NCBI GenBank assembly: GCA_965153455.1
Contig: OZ234493.1
Coordinates: 21,194,213 to 21,258,212, forward strand
DNA length: 64,000 nt
Origin: Sphagnum compactum
Lineage: Eukaryota
Direction of reading: 5' to 3'
The notes below the pieces were generated by a model. That model worked only from the letters and a program-made list of their open reading frames with translations. It was not told where the DNA came from and ran no database searches. This document shows, piece after piece, positions 1-12,710 of this stretch (the stretch's first letter is position 1; every line of letters starts with the position of its first letter). The translations under genes were made by a program, and so were the position numbers.

Positions 1-1192
1 TACGAGGTGTACTGCTGTTGTCCTTAGTAGCCTTGCCAGCAGCAGGAATCATAACTGCCATCACTGATGATGCAGAAGGAGAAGAAGATTGTGGGTCTCT
101 ATTTTCAGTTGAAGCAGAAGAAGCACTGGTGTTCTTCAGTGTTGAAGAACTTCTGGCAGCTTCTTTCACCAAAACTTCTGTCAAAGGGCCGCTGATCTTC
201 TTCGTGCCATGTGCATTCAAAGGCTGCTGGTTGAGATGGGTGGGTTCTTGATGTTGTGGACAAGACGATTGCTCCTTGGCATTGAGATGGGTGGGTTGTT
301 GATGTTGTTCTTCGGTTTTGAGCAGAAGTTCAGAAGTTGGAAAAACCGTGTGATCCAAGTAAAGACAAACAACAGCACAATCATCCACTTTGGAGGTTGG
401 GTATTTCAGTCTCCAAACACGTACAGCAGATTCCACCACGGCCCGAGCTGCTGTTGCACGTGTGGGTGCTGAAGCTACAATGTGAACCACTTCCTCATTG
501 CTCAACACATCCCATATCTGCAAAGTCTCCAAGGAATATGTAGCTGCTCTTGTAATTCAACAAAGCTGAATACAATTGCAGCTGCTCTATGTGGGATGGA
601 GATCATCAATTGGATCATCATTTTCATCAATTGGGTCAGCAGAAGAATTTGACAAGCAGATAACAATGGCAGCTTTCAGTAGACAAAAACAAGATGGTGG
701 TGTTTGAGAGACCTACCCCATCAGTTGCCAAAACAATGAACTGGTCTTGGTCAGTCAACAGCCGGTGTGACAGCTCTGGTACAGCAATAACTCCATAATC
801 TTTCAAACAGAAGTCACCAAATGCTCTGGCCATGGCTAAACCCGGTGCATCATCAAATGGCAACCACACACGAGGAACTTCTGGCTCATCATGAAGGGCA
901 AATACTCGACCCTTACATTGCCTGATACGCTCTGCCTCTTCTGTGATAGAAGCCATGGCCCCCTAAGAGATTATCTTCAGAGAAAAACAATGCACAGCAA
1001 AAAAGATACAATAATGACAAAGGGACTCATTGATTGATCAATCTCAAGCAAATTTGGCAAAGATTTTCTTACTTGGCAAGTTGGGCTTCAGATCTACAGT
1101 CAACTGGATGGCTTTCAATGCACCGATTTCATCTTTTGTTGCCAGGATTGCTCTAGAATCTCCCACATTTGCAATCACAAGATGATGACCCT

Positions 1193-1231
<39 letters not shown>

Positions 1232-2503
1232 CACACACACACACACAAGCATGTAAAGAACAAGCTCAGGAAACTACCACATAATTCATTCAGTGAGCTT
1301 GCTGTAGCACAAATGCATATATACTGCAACAAAACCCAAAGGTTGACATTCAGCTTTTGCTGCATTCGTGCAGGAGAAAAAAACAACCTGAAGGTACACA
1401 TTCAGATTTTGCTGCATTTGCACAGGGGAAAGAAAACCAACAACCTGAAGCAGCTCCATAGCTCAATGCAAAATGCCTGAAGCTGAATACAAAATTTTAT
1501 GAGAAAGATTATATATGGATCATCATCAGGTGCAAAGTTGTGAAGGAAGTTTACATCCCACCCCACCTGCTTCAATACGGTTACAGTTGTGGTTCCGCTA
1601 CAGAAACAGTCGAGATTCTGATGCGAAAAGAGCTCCTGGTCCATCACTCTGTATGCCTTCAAATGCGACTCCTTCCAAGCTCCAAACATTGAAGTCTCTG
1701 GCCTGGAACTTCCCTGCTGCTGCAGCGGCAGTGCTCCTCCTACTCCTCCTCCTCCCTGCACCATGTCTTCTTGTGGTAGTGCACCAGCTTGTCTTCCTCC
1801 AGTCTGTGGTTGTTGCAGATTTTGCTGCAGCATCAGCAGCCCACCGTATTGCATGGACTTCAATGGCTGTTCTTCTTCTTGTGATCTGTGACCTTCTTCT
1901 TTGACTAGGGTTTGTTGCTGCTCCCAGTAATGGAAAAGCTTTGACGGCAAAGAGTCTCTCACCCTCTTGGCAACCAGATGTCCATATGGACCATGTCCAT
2001 CAAAAACTCCACAAAACACTGTATCCTCCATGGATGCAAAACCCTGCATGCACCCACGCACGCCATTGAAACAATCACTAGTGTAACAAGATCGAGAGTT
2101 ACATCAATACAAAAGCGGAGAGAAGAAGCTTCGCTTATAATGAAGGAAGAAGCTCGGGTCTGTCTCTCACCTCCCACACGAGCATGGCATCCTGGTTGGT
2201 TCCTTTTCTTCCCTGCTGAGTGAACATGCAAGCGGTGTTGCTGGCACCATTGGCATACATTCTACCGGGGATCAAAGCTAGAAGTGCATCATTCTTCGTC
2301 TCTGCATTTGTTGTCGATGCTGATGATGACAACAACGCCGCGATGTCCAGCTGCTGTTGTTGCTGTTGCTGCGACTCATTCTTCTGTTGCGTCGTCTTCG
2401 TCAATTTCGACAAACTCTGCTGCTGCTGCTGCTGCTGCTTCTTCTTCCCCGCATCGTCATCCACTCCCAGTACTGCCGCTGGAGATGAAATACAGCAACC
2501 CAT
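1..2503 (-). CDS. Protein phosphatase 2C (PPM family, plant clade E-like), 3'-partial. Exons 2503-2171, 2043-1567, 1190-1073, 940-717, 517-<1
   Basis: The spliced frame gives MGCCISS...CMFTQQGRKGTNQDAMLVWE|GFASMEDTVFCGVFDGHGPYGH...CSGTTTVTVLKQ|GHHLVIANVGDSRA...LTVDLKPNLP|KEAERIRQCKGRVFAL...GLAMARAFGDFCLKDYG...LATDG|IWDVLSNEEVV...WRLKYPTSKVDDCAVVCLYL. The PPM metal-binding motifs (NQD, DGHG, DG, DD) are present. All four introns are GT-AG and phase-consistent (0,0,1,0). There is no stop codon before position 1. Confidence 0.95.
1193..1246. repeat. Compound (GA)n(CA)n microsatellite abutting the acceptor of PP2C exon 3
   Basis: Directly visible; on the gene strand the (TC)n run serves as the polypyrimidine tract. 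Confidence 0.9.
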
Positions 2504-5500
2504 ATTGAACAACGCCGGGCCCTCTCACTACCTGAGTCTTACCCTTGTTCTTGTTCTTGTTCTTCTTCAGCTCATCACAGGCTTATGTACCACGGATTAG
2601 GTGTCTCCCCGCCATCTTCTAGCTCTCTGCACGGAGCCGAGAGCCACTGGTGGTTATGTCCAACAGCAGCTCGGCGATCATGGAGTTTGCTTGCTTGCTT
2701 GCTTGCTTACTGGAAGCTCAAGATTCCTCAGAGCTCTCCTACAAGACCATCAAAAGAAAGCTCAAATCCAGGGCAATGCATCTACCCAACATTGCAGTTC
2801 CGAGGTCTGCAACAACACGAGAGATTGTTGCTGCAGACGGAGGTCGAAGATTGTGTTGGACGATTGTGGGGAAGCAGCGGCAGCGGCTGTCTTTTCTTCT
2901 TCCCGCTCGCCGCGCAGAGCCCCCCCCCCTGGCTTGTCTGTGTAGTGCCAGTGATTTTTATTTTGATTTTTTCTGGCGAATCATCGAATTTCTGGCGCCA
3001 GATTTCTACTTTTCTAAAAGGGCAGGCTACAATTACAAACAGTGTTTTCTTTTTTCAGTTTTGTGAGTTCGAAAGTTTGGCGATTATTTGAAAAACAAAA
3101 TTACCATTTTTTTCGAATTTATGCCCAAAAAACGAAAAAAATTCCAAATTTTTTTGTCGCCAAGTGGGGGAAAATTCGCCAAAAACAAAATCCCTTATTA
3201 CAAACTTTTTTTTTCCCCAAGTTTTGCGATTTTTCTTAAAATATTAGTTTTTTTTTGGAGTCGATTTTACAACCGAAATTTTCCAAAAAAGAAAATTCGC
3301 CAAGTCCCTCCTTTTTAATATTTGAATCGTCCAAAAAAACACAGAAAATTCTTTTTTTTTTTTGTTTTTGTTTTTTTTGGGGGGGGGTGTCGCCACATTT
3401 ATGTCTACTGGCTAAACAGTTTTAAGAGTTTCTTGAAATAATGTCGCCAACCTGGCGAAATCTGTTTCAATCTGCTTACAGATGCTCGCCACACTGGCTA
3501 ACACTGCTGTGTACCCTGCCTACTTACTAGCTACTAGGTACCTGCCTGTTAGCTACTGATTAGGTGGGTACCTAAAAGCTACTGACTAAGTAGGTACCTA
3601 CCTAGTCAGGGCCTTTCACCTGTTTTCTGTTGTCTTTTTCTACTCCTAATTTTCACTTTCTTGTTTTTCACTTATTTTCTTTTTAGCCTCGGGCACAGAT
3701 CTCAAATCACGGAAGGGCCTGTACTCACTCATGCCCAACAATTGGGTTCCAAATTCCAATCAATGTTGATGTTGTCGTTGTTTTTTTTCAATTTTAAAAA
3801 TTCCTATTTTTAGTTGTTAGTTAATTAATTAATTAATTACTTTAAAATCACAGAAACCAGGGTAGCTTTTGAGATCAGACAGATGGATGGCCAATAGGCA
3901 ATTTTTAAGTCTGCCCCCAAAACAAAAAAAAGTGTGTGAAAATGTGGCAAAATTTTCCTCCCCCCACCCCCAAAAGCTTTTCCCCAATAATTTGGGGAAA
4001 TATTTGAAAGAATTATACTTCTTTTTTTTGGGGTAGAAAATTTGCAAATTTAGGTGAGAAGGGGAGGACTTTGGGCAAAACATATGAGATTAAAGCAAGG
4101 TGCTATTGGGAACACCCTTCGAGGAACACATTGCAAACATAGGGAACATAATCGGAACTCAATGGGAACCCATTGAGAACTTGAAGGGAACATGTTGGGA
4201 ACAAAGGAAAAATGAAAAAAAATCCTCTCTCCTCTCCTCCACCCCAAAACTTAAAAGAAAATAAATCAAGGCACTTTGAGTGGATGCTGAGCCTTCTCAT
4301 TGGCTGGCTGCGTGAAATTTCTATTTCCAAAAGTAAAATTGTCATGTATTGCCAAAAGATAGGGTTCTAGTGGCCAAGTTCAGGGGACTTTACGAATAAC
4401 TTTAATGTATTATTTATGATTTATTGTTCACACAAAAAGGTTCCTATGTCTCTCCCGTTTTGTGAAATTGTGACCAAAATAAAATAAAATTGTCAGATCT
4501 GATTCTTAGGTTTTTTTTTTTTTATTTCTTTATTTTCATTCAAATTTGTGACATTGAAAATTTGACCAAAAATTCCAAAAAATAGGAAAATTATTTGAAC
4601 CCTCAAAATTCACCAAATGTTTCCAGGAAAAAAAATAAAAAATCCAATTTACCCTAAAAAAAACACATTTATCCAATACCTTCTGAATTTTTGGGTCAAG
4701 TGAGAAACAAAAATTTTCAAAATATAATTCACTGCCCCCAAAGGTGGCATTGCAGTTTTTTTTTAAAATAAAATAAAATAAAATAATTCCCAACAACATC
4801 AGTACAGAATCAAAACATGAAGGGTGTATGGGGGGCACTTGATGAATGAAATACAAGAGGATAGATAATTTTGCCAGGCTTTTGTTTTCTCTCGGGTGCA
4901 TACATGGATGATAATTGGGTATGTGTGTAGTAGTATTATTGAAGCCGGAAAGGCATGGATTTGGTATTCGCTTGTTTGTTGAGAACATCATCAAAATCAT
5001 CATGCGTTTCCCGTCCATTGGGTGGTTCCGGCAACTCTAGTTGTGGCCAGCTACTTGATACCATTGCACGAGGGGAGGGGTCGGGAAGTAAATTGTTGTT
5101 GGTAATTTTAGCAAAATTTTAACCGACTTGCTTGCACATTGGTACAACCACCGAGCTAGCTAGTCAGTCATTTTGACCCGAAACGTTTGTTGTTTCTCTC
5201 CGATTCATGAAATAGTTGCATTTTGTATCATGTCGGACAATCCATATTCATGAAGTTAGTTGAATTTTGTATCACGTCGGACAATACATATCGGACAACA
5301 ACAATATATACGTCGCATCGGTACCACTTACACGATGATGGCCAGAGCCCAATCTAACAACAGCCATGAATGAGTGGCAGCAGCACGGCGGATGAATGAT
5401 GGGTGGACAGGAAACAAATTTTTTCCGTTACGTTCCCATACCCAACTAAACTATAACTACGGTAGTTATCTGAGTTACTCTTACTCTACTTCTACCGACA

Positions 5501-5564
5501 AACCCCATCAGCAATTTACTTACTTACCGAACCATCTATGTTCCCAAGTAACCACTACCCACCT

Positions 5565-5746
5565 ATTGTCCATCCTACCTACCTACCTACCTACTTACCT
5601 ACCTTCCTACCTAGATACAAGACCTAATTTTTTACGAGATAGGCGTGAACCCACCTATTATCCATCCTACCTACCTACCTACCTACCTACTTACCTACCT
5701 TCCAACCTAGATACAAGACCTAATTTTTTACGAGATAGGTGTGAAA
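5565..5746. repeat. Two-copy ~95-bp tandem duplication containing a (TACC)n microsatellite
   Basis: tccatcctacctacctacctac...ctagatacaagacctaattttttacgagatagg occurs twice. This explains the spurious LPTY-repeat ORF 5374-5808. Confidence 0.85.
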
Positions 5747-6003
5747 TCCAACAACAACTTGGGTTTCCGATGGATGTTGGTGTTTGGTGGGTGTTGGTTC
5801 CACTCTAGACCCTACGGGTCACTATTACGGTTAGAACGTCACTATAGGTGCTCTTGGAATGATGAGGGATGATGAGATACGATCGATCGGTAGGTAAATG
5901 GGAGTGTAGTTTTGCATGAACCAAAGAATCTGCATGACTTTTTTTTGGTTGCAAACTGGATGGATTTCAACGAGGGATGTTGTTGTGTGTCATGTCACAA
6001 ATG

Positions 6004-6361
6004 TGGCCTTGCCATTTGCATTATTAATAAATAAAAAAGTATCTTATTAAGGCAAAAGAAGAAGAAGAATTATGGAAACTCAAATATTTCACCATGCAAA
6101 AATTATAATCTTCAAAAAATCCTCTAAACAAAAATCAAAATCCTTCAAGATATTATATAACTCTATTATAACTAATCTCAAGTTCCAACACCAGCCAAAA
6201 TTATCATCTTTCAAAAAAAAAATCCTCATATAAAAATAGACCTATTATTATTATTACCTAGGGGGGGCCAAAATCCCTGAAGCTACTATTATACTCTATA
6301 TAGAGTATAATGAATTATAAACACAATAATATCCTTGCCTTGGTAGTAGTACGCAAGGCCA
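6004..6361. mobile_element. Non-autonomous repeat, copy 1 (homologous to 24075-24378), with inverted ends and a degraded 3' hairpin
   Basis: Collinear with 24075-24378 along its length. It starts TGGCCTTGCC and ends GCAAGGCCA. Confidence 0.65.
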
Positions 6362-7529
6362 ACAAAACATGGTTGGTTTAGGGTACACAAGTTACTTCCA
6401 CAAGTTGGTCTTAATACTGACCTTGGTTTCTGACCATGAAGCTTTGGGGCTCTTCTTTTTGGTTCGGAGTTTTTTTCATCTCCATTGTTGCTTGTTGGAG
6501 GCACTTATGATTGGAGTCGAATCTTCTCTGCTCAACAAACCTCCCATAATAGTAGTATGGCAAGTTCAACATTTCAGTATTGTATAATTCTTTTGTTTTG
6601 AACATTCCATGTTGAGAACTAGAATATTCTGGGGAATATTTTTTAAAAAAAGATTCTTTGTTTTTTTTTGCACTTTTTTTTTTTTCTTTCTTCTGAAGAT
6701 TTTTTTTTGAAAATTTGAAAATTTCTGAAAATAATATAGTTGGTGTTGAAGTTGCCATAGTATCATGGTTGCAGTGCTCTTTTTTCTTTTCAATTTTGCG
6801 ATGTAGCCAATGTGGTGATCATCCAAAAGTTGATTTACCTGAATTTGGTGATTTTTATAGAATTAAAAAAAAAATTACCCATTTTCCCCTAAAACACCAT
6901 TGAATTTTTTACAATAGTGCGAAATTGGTTTCATATCTTATTGTCTCATGCCCTTGTATGCAAGTTTTGAAATGCATCTTGCCAACCTTGAAACTTTTTC
7001 AAGCATGCCATAATTCTTCCCTAACATCCCCCCCCCCCCCAACTCCACTTGCAAAATGCACCCCAAATAGCCCCAAATCTGCCCCCAAAATAACTCCCTC
7101 AAAAACCCCCAATTCACCCCTTGCTACCCACAAACCACCCCCCAAATCTGTCCTCAAAAACAGCCCCACATCTGTTCCTCAAAAATTTACCAATTCATCC
7201 CTTTTTGGCCACATGCAACCTCCAAATCTGCCATAAATCAGCCCTCAATTTTATCCTAACTTTGCAAAAAATTTAGAGAACAAGATAACTGAACTACAAA
7301 ATGGCATAAACAAGGAAGAAACAAGAAAAAGTGAAACCTAGCAAATTTATAGGTTACATCATATCCAATTCCTAGGGCATGGCCACTACAACCTCATTCA
7401 AAGATTCGTGACAACCAAAAACAACAAATTGAATATATCAACTTTGACAAACATGGGAATCAAAATTTGAAGGAAAAAAAAGACTTGAAAGATGTAAAAA
7501 AGAAGAAATAGAATTCAACTAAAGCCTAT

Positions 7530-9460
7530 TGTTGATATGCTTCAAATCCAAAAACTCCAAATGATGCAATTACATCCTCATTTTCCTTCATTAGGGTTTC
7601 TTCCATTTCCATGAATTTTGCCATGGATGAAAAACCACCAACACGGGCATCATTAGGCCAATTTTTGTAAATGCTTACAAGTATCTCAAATTTGTCCATG
7701 CCCAATTGTGCCCAACTGAGAGCATCTTAGGTTTGTGCAAATACTTGCAATATTGAAAACTCTTTCAACCTTAGTTTGAGAACCAACAATCCCCAAAACT
7801 TGTTAAGTTACAAATCCGACATTAAAAAATGTATTTCATGGGCTTTTCACCATATTAATGGATCTTTGCAATCCTCCTCAATGACTTTCTTTTCCTAAAA
7901 TGAGTCGTTCTTTTTTCCACTGACAATGCCATGTTCTCATTAATTTTCATAAGATCATACAAACTTGTAGATTGGGAATTTTGGGATGTAGATTTAAGAG
8001 TTCCTTCATTTGCATGGGTTGGGTGAAAAAACTTGTATGCATAAACAAGGAGTGGGAAAATAATACCTATCTATCATATTCATCTACGATTTGAAGAGCC
8101 ATTTCTTCACCAACATAAAGAATCACCAACCCCAAGCCCTGACAATGGGGGTTTAACATCATGGCCAACATATTATGGGCCTTATGAGGTTGAAAGGAAA
8201 GCATAAATGAAAGGAAAGGATCAAGAACTTGCACCACTTGTTTTTGCATGTGTTGTTGTAGGACTTGAAGTTCACCATCAAAGTCTAGAATCTCATTGGA
8301 ATCAGGTGTCAAATAATCCACTTGCATTTGACATACGAATGATATGGTTGTAACAAGGGCATCAAAAAGTAGCTAATAGCTTTGGTTTTGGTTCAACACA
8401 CATTGTTGGACCACAAGACCCAAAATGCCCTCAATAATTTGAATTATAACCCAAACTTGTGGATTTGGCACACATCCTTGAAATGCCAATGATTGTTGTC
8501 TTCCATACCAAAAGGCAATGGTGTGCTTGAATTCCAAAATCTCTTGGAACAAAATGACTCGAAAAGATAATCAAATCTTCATTAAGGGTTTGAACTTTTG
8601 TGGGGGCATGTTGATACCCTTGTGCCATTCTTGTCACCCCTTCCTTTTTTTGGTCCATGTGATTTTTTTTGCAAAATGAATTGTGTTTCCTTGATGGAAA
8701 TAGAGGTTAAACCAACACAAACTTTAAAATCATGTGTGTCATGTTGGCAACACTTAGACATAACACAAATGTGTTGCCATCTTCAACACTTCACATGAAA
8801 TAATAAAAGTCAAAATAGTGGTCATGGTTGAAAGATTACTCATCTCACCTTTAACATAAACAATAACTTGAGCATTAAATCTAAGTTTTACAAGCATTTC
8901 ATGAACCTACAATGGCACTCCTAAAAGTCTTTGTTGTTTCATAAAAACCAATGCTTAAATACCAAGGCTCCCACTTTTCATTCAAAAAATGCACAATGCA
9001 AACAAATGTATCCATTCTAATTTTAGACATCCATAAATCAAAGTTCAAGGTACAAGAATTACAAGACTCAAGGGCTAAAAAAATGTACATTTCCTTGGTT
9101 TTTTTTTTCATCCTAGGCAAGATTTCATTGACCAAAGTTTGCCTTGATAGAAAATTCAAATGAAGATTTTGTTTCACAAATAGTTTCCTAAAAAATGGAG
9201 CCTCAAAAAAAGACAAAGGCATTAGCTCCTTAGTTATGAACAATGTCAAATTGTCTTTCAAACTCTTTTTGGTGAAGATCATTCTTGGGATAAGGCACAT
9301 CATAACCAAAGAAAGAATAAATGGTTGATTGGGTGGGGTTAGAGCTTTTCTTTGTAGGTCACCTCTCTCCTTTAGGATCCTCTTTCTTTCGTTCAATCCT
9401 TTCATTTCAAAATTACCAATAAATGGTTTCAACATGCTTCTAAAAAAATAAAATCCCATT
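7530..9460 (-). mobile_element. Degenerate hAT-superfamily transposase remnant
   Basis: Minus-strand fragments with stops and frameshifts: FFEAPFFRKL...CTLNFDLWMSK...DTFVCIVHFLNEKWEP (first catalytic-D region), HNMLAMMLNP (LDPR-like), and DCKDPLIW*KAH...QVLGIVGSQTKVERVFNIAS...YKNWPNDARVG (hAT C-terminal dimerisation-like). Confidence 0.8.
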
Positions 9461-9859
9461 TTTTGTGTTATTTGTTATGACACCCTAGTTTTAATCTTGC
9501 GACTAGGCCATTGGGATTGCAAAAAATAATTTTCAATTGTTCAAGTTGGTTTGAGTTTGAACTTGAACTTACTTTAAAAGAAGATGTGTTGGTGGGTGTA
9601 AAGAATGTTCGAACAACGGGATTATGACTCGTAGTTTATGAAAAGTCTCATTGTTTTGCCAACAAAGCCCATCAGATTGTAGCATTTATGGTTGTAGAAT
9701 TATCTATTAATGTTGTGTTTGCAACTACACCAAAAATTGATGTTGAACCATAACAATGAACTTCCAATGGAGGTTTGTTGGGATAAATGTCATTTTCACC
9801 AAAATCTAAAATGTCCTCCATGTCGAAAGGAAATTGGTTATGATTATAGCAACATTAAA

Positions 9860-10640
9860 AAACACTAGGATGAAAAGAGTAGGAGGATAAAAAAACGATC
9901 AAAAGATGAAGGTGATTGCAAAGAACCTTGCAGGAATAATTTAACTATGATGACATCGATGACCAAAAGGATGAGAAGAGGATCATAAGACAAAGATGAT
10001 ACCAAGGAATGTCATAACAAAGAAAAAAATACGACAATGATGATTAAGAAGATGAGAAGTGAATCACAGCATGAAAGTGATGGTGAAGATTCTGTAACAA
10101 CAAAAAAATGAATACAATGATGACCATGATATGAGAAGAAAATCGCAATACGAAAGTGATGGTGACGATGTTGCAACAACAAGAAGACAAATATGATGAC
10201 AATTATGAGGATGAAAAGAAGATCACAAAACAAAGGCGTTCGTGGGGACACTATAACAATAAGAAAATCAAAACAAGGACACTAGAAGGATGAAAAGAGG
10301 ATCACAAGACAAAGGTGATGGCAAACAACGTTGCAAAAATGAAATATTACAATGATAATGACCAAGAGGATGAAAAAAAGATCATAAGACAAAGGTGATG
10401 GCAAACAACGTTGCAACAATGAAAATATTAAGACGATAATGACCAAGAGGATGAAAAAAAGATCAGAGAACAAAGGTGATTGTGGGGACCCTACAACAAT
10501 AAAAAGACTAGGACAATGACAACAAGGTGGATGATAAAAAGATCATAAGATAAAGGCGATGATGGGGACCCCATAATAACAAAAAGACTAAGACGACAAT
10601 GACTAAAAGGATGTGAAGAAGATCAAAAGGAAAAGGTTGA
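9860..10640. repeat. Degenerate purine-rich tandem array, ~80-81-bp unit, about 9-10 copies
   Basis: The motif aggatgaaaa..gatca(c/t)aagacaaaggtgatg recurs at about 10287, 10367, 10448, 10528 and 10608, with weaker copies upstream. Confidence 0.8.
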
Positions 10641-10687
10641 AGGTTATTTTGATAATTACAAGTTATATGTTGCACCAATAAGAAGAA

Positions 10688-11574
10688 TGACGTGTTCCCA
10701 AGCTCCTTGATAGACTCAGGATGAGTCTAAAGTAAGAAAACAGCGAAAAGGTTAAGAGCTCGAGGCACGCTCCCTGACTCTCAGCACTTTAAAGGGGTAG
10801 AGGGGCGTGTTGGAGCTCCAGCATGGGACTAGGAAGAGTGACAAGCAGTTTATTTACTCATTCGAATCTGCATCAAACCAACCAACACGTTGGTTAGTAC
10901 CATGTTGAAGCACCTTTGGTGCTAGGAAAAGCCACGGGCGACCTCGGACTCACAAGACTCACCACGGCCCGAACTCGGGGGAAGCCACCACCTTGCCCCA
11001 TATAGTATACTCTGCACCTCTTCGCGAGGCCTACATCCAAATGGCTTTTTGTCCCGAGACTCCCGAAGAAGAGTCCCAAAACTGCCAAGGTTGGAACTCT
11101 TGCAACTTTGCGGGACCATAACTCCGTGCTCAGACCTCCGATCGGGACAAGGTCTGAAGCAAACTTGTAGCTCTTGTTGAGAACTTTTCAACGGCGTGTT
11201 GCACGCCACCTGCACGCACGGAAGTTGGGTCGATTCCCGACTTTTCGTGGTCGGGAGTTAAATTGCCAGTTTGACTCCTGGCCTTTCTTTTCGCCATAAC
11301 TTGTGTTGCAGATGTCCAAATGGGTCATGTGAGCCCATTTTAGACATCTACACTTCAATAGATTTCCAATGATATAAATGACTCTTCAATGCGAGGTGTT
11401 TTGACCTTTGCAATTGCTCTCTGAAGGTTCAGGAGTCCACCGGGACTCCGACTCCCAAAATGGGAGCTCACTCGGGAGTGTGAGTCTTCCTTCCCACACT
11501 CTCACACTCCTCTTGGCCCGCGCCATTGTAACCCTTTTAACCTTGGTCGCGAGCCCAAGGCTAGGGTTGCGACA
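10688..11574. mobile_element. Probable solo LTR (887 bp)
   Basis: A GC-richer block with TG...CA termini (TGACGTG...GTTGCGACA). The 5-bp flanks AAGAA and AACAA form a TSD with one mismatch. There is no internal gag/pol and no second LTR in the window. Confidence 0.75.
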
Positions 11575-12513
11575 AACAACATCACTGCAATCATTAGCAT
11601 GACATGGGTTGCATGATTATAAGAATGGAAAAAACACCACTATTAACATTGGCATTATAAGAAGATCACGAGGATGATGGCAAAGGTGGGCAACAACAAT
11701 CGAAAGAACATAACAACATATAATGATGGTGAGCATGTGTGAAAATATGATAATAATCAAAATTGAAAACATGATACACAATACAAAACCCTTAACTTGA
11801 AATTAAAACTAAAACCATTTTGAAAAAAAAATTGGTTCAATTGTAGTTTTTTTGGCATTTAAGAACTAGATTTGATTCTAGTTTCGATTTTAATATTCAA
11901 ATGGAATGAGGGAGTTGGTTCCCCACCCAATTACTATAATATTCATAACCCTAACCTGACACAAAACTTGACCCTATGTAACCAACCAACCCAAATAACC
12001 GCACAACATTAGTTTTTACCCACCAAGGTGGATACTTGCCCAATGTTGGTTAGAAGTTAAAACTACTGTGGGGCATGCATTTGATTTTTGAAATAATAGT
12101 TAGCTCTAAGTTTTTGAAAATTTAATTCAAGAACTATTTGAATGTGGGGTTTTGAAAACTTGAGTTGGGTGGGTATGAACTAAAGGCAAAGGTTTGATTG
12201 GTGAGGCTAGGTACATATCTAGGTTTTTTAACAAATACATGTTAGTCAATGGTTGAGTTCAATGTTGGAAAGTGCAAAATATTGTTTAGTCCCAAAATAT
12301 AATGTGACTTGCTTTGTAATTCTTATTGAATGAATTATGATTAATTTAGTGAACAAGAATTTAAGTGGTCACCAACATATAGATTCATTATTGCCATGTC
12401 AGTTCCCTTTATTTATAAAACAAACAAACCAAAAAATCCCCTCCCAACCCCCCCGCCCCCCCAACACCCACACCCAAAACCAAATTGAAGAAAAAAAATT
12501 TGGGTCTTTTGTG

Positions 12514-12710
12514 GTGCATTCACACTTGATGTTAAGTCAATGTTAAATGAAAATCTAGGTGGCACCCAATGTCAAATGGGCGATAGCTTACTATTAAATG
12601 AATATAAACTTAACATAAAATGTTCATGGTAAGTAGGTGTAAGTCTTAAATGATGAGCATGGTGTTAGGGGATTCAACACTAGAATCCTTAACACTAAGT
12701 TTGAATACAC
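12514..12710. mobile_element. MITE-like element with a 23-bp imperfect TIR
   Basis: gtgcattcacacttgatgttaag versus cttaacactaagtttgaatacac (19/23 reverse-complement match). A related degenerate right end lies near 36120-36175. Confidence 0.6.

Noticed and set aside
1515-3091. Plus-strand ORFs of 110-170 aa (poly-Cys, poly-Ala etc.)
   Set aside because: These are antisense shadows of the PP2C exons, CAG repeats and GC-rich leader.
5374-5808. 144-aa ORF with LPTY repeats (also 21408-21608)
   Set aside because: Translation of a (TACC)n microsatellite.
6925-7236. Pro/Lys/Ser-rich extensin-like ORF
   Set aside because: Arises from C/A-rich low-complexity sequence next to a dead hAT; non-ATG start and no gene structure.
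9474-9510. Short similarity to the solo-LTR terminus (caccctag...ttgcgactagg)
   Set aside because: Too short and diverged to support a second LTR.
10894-11602. ORFs within the GC-rich block
   Set aside because: They lie inside the solo LTR and show no gag/pol motifs.
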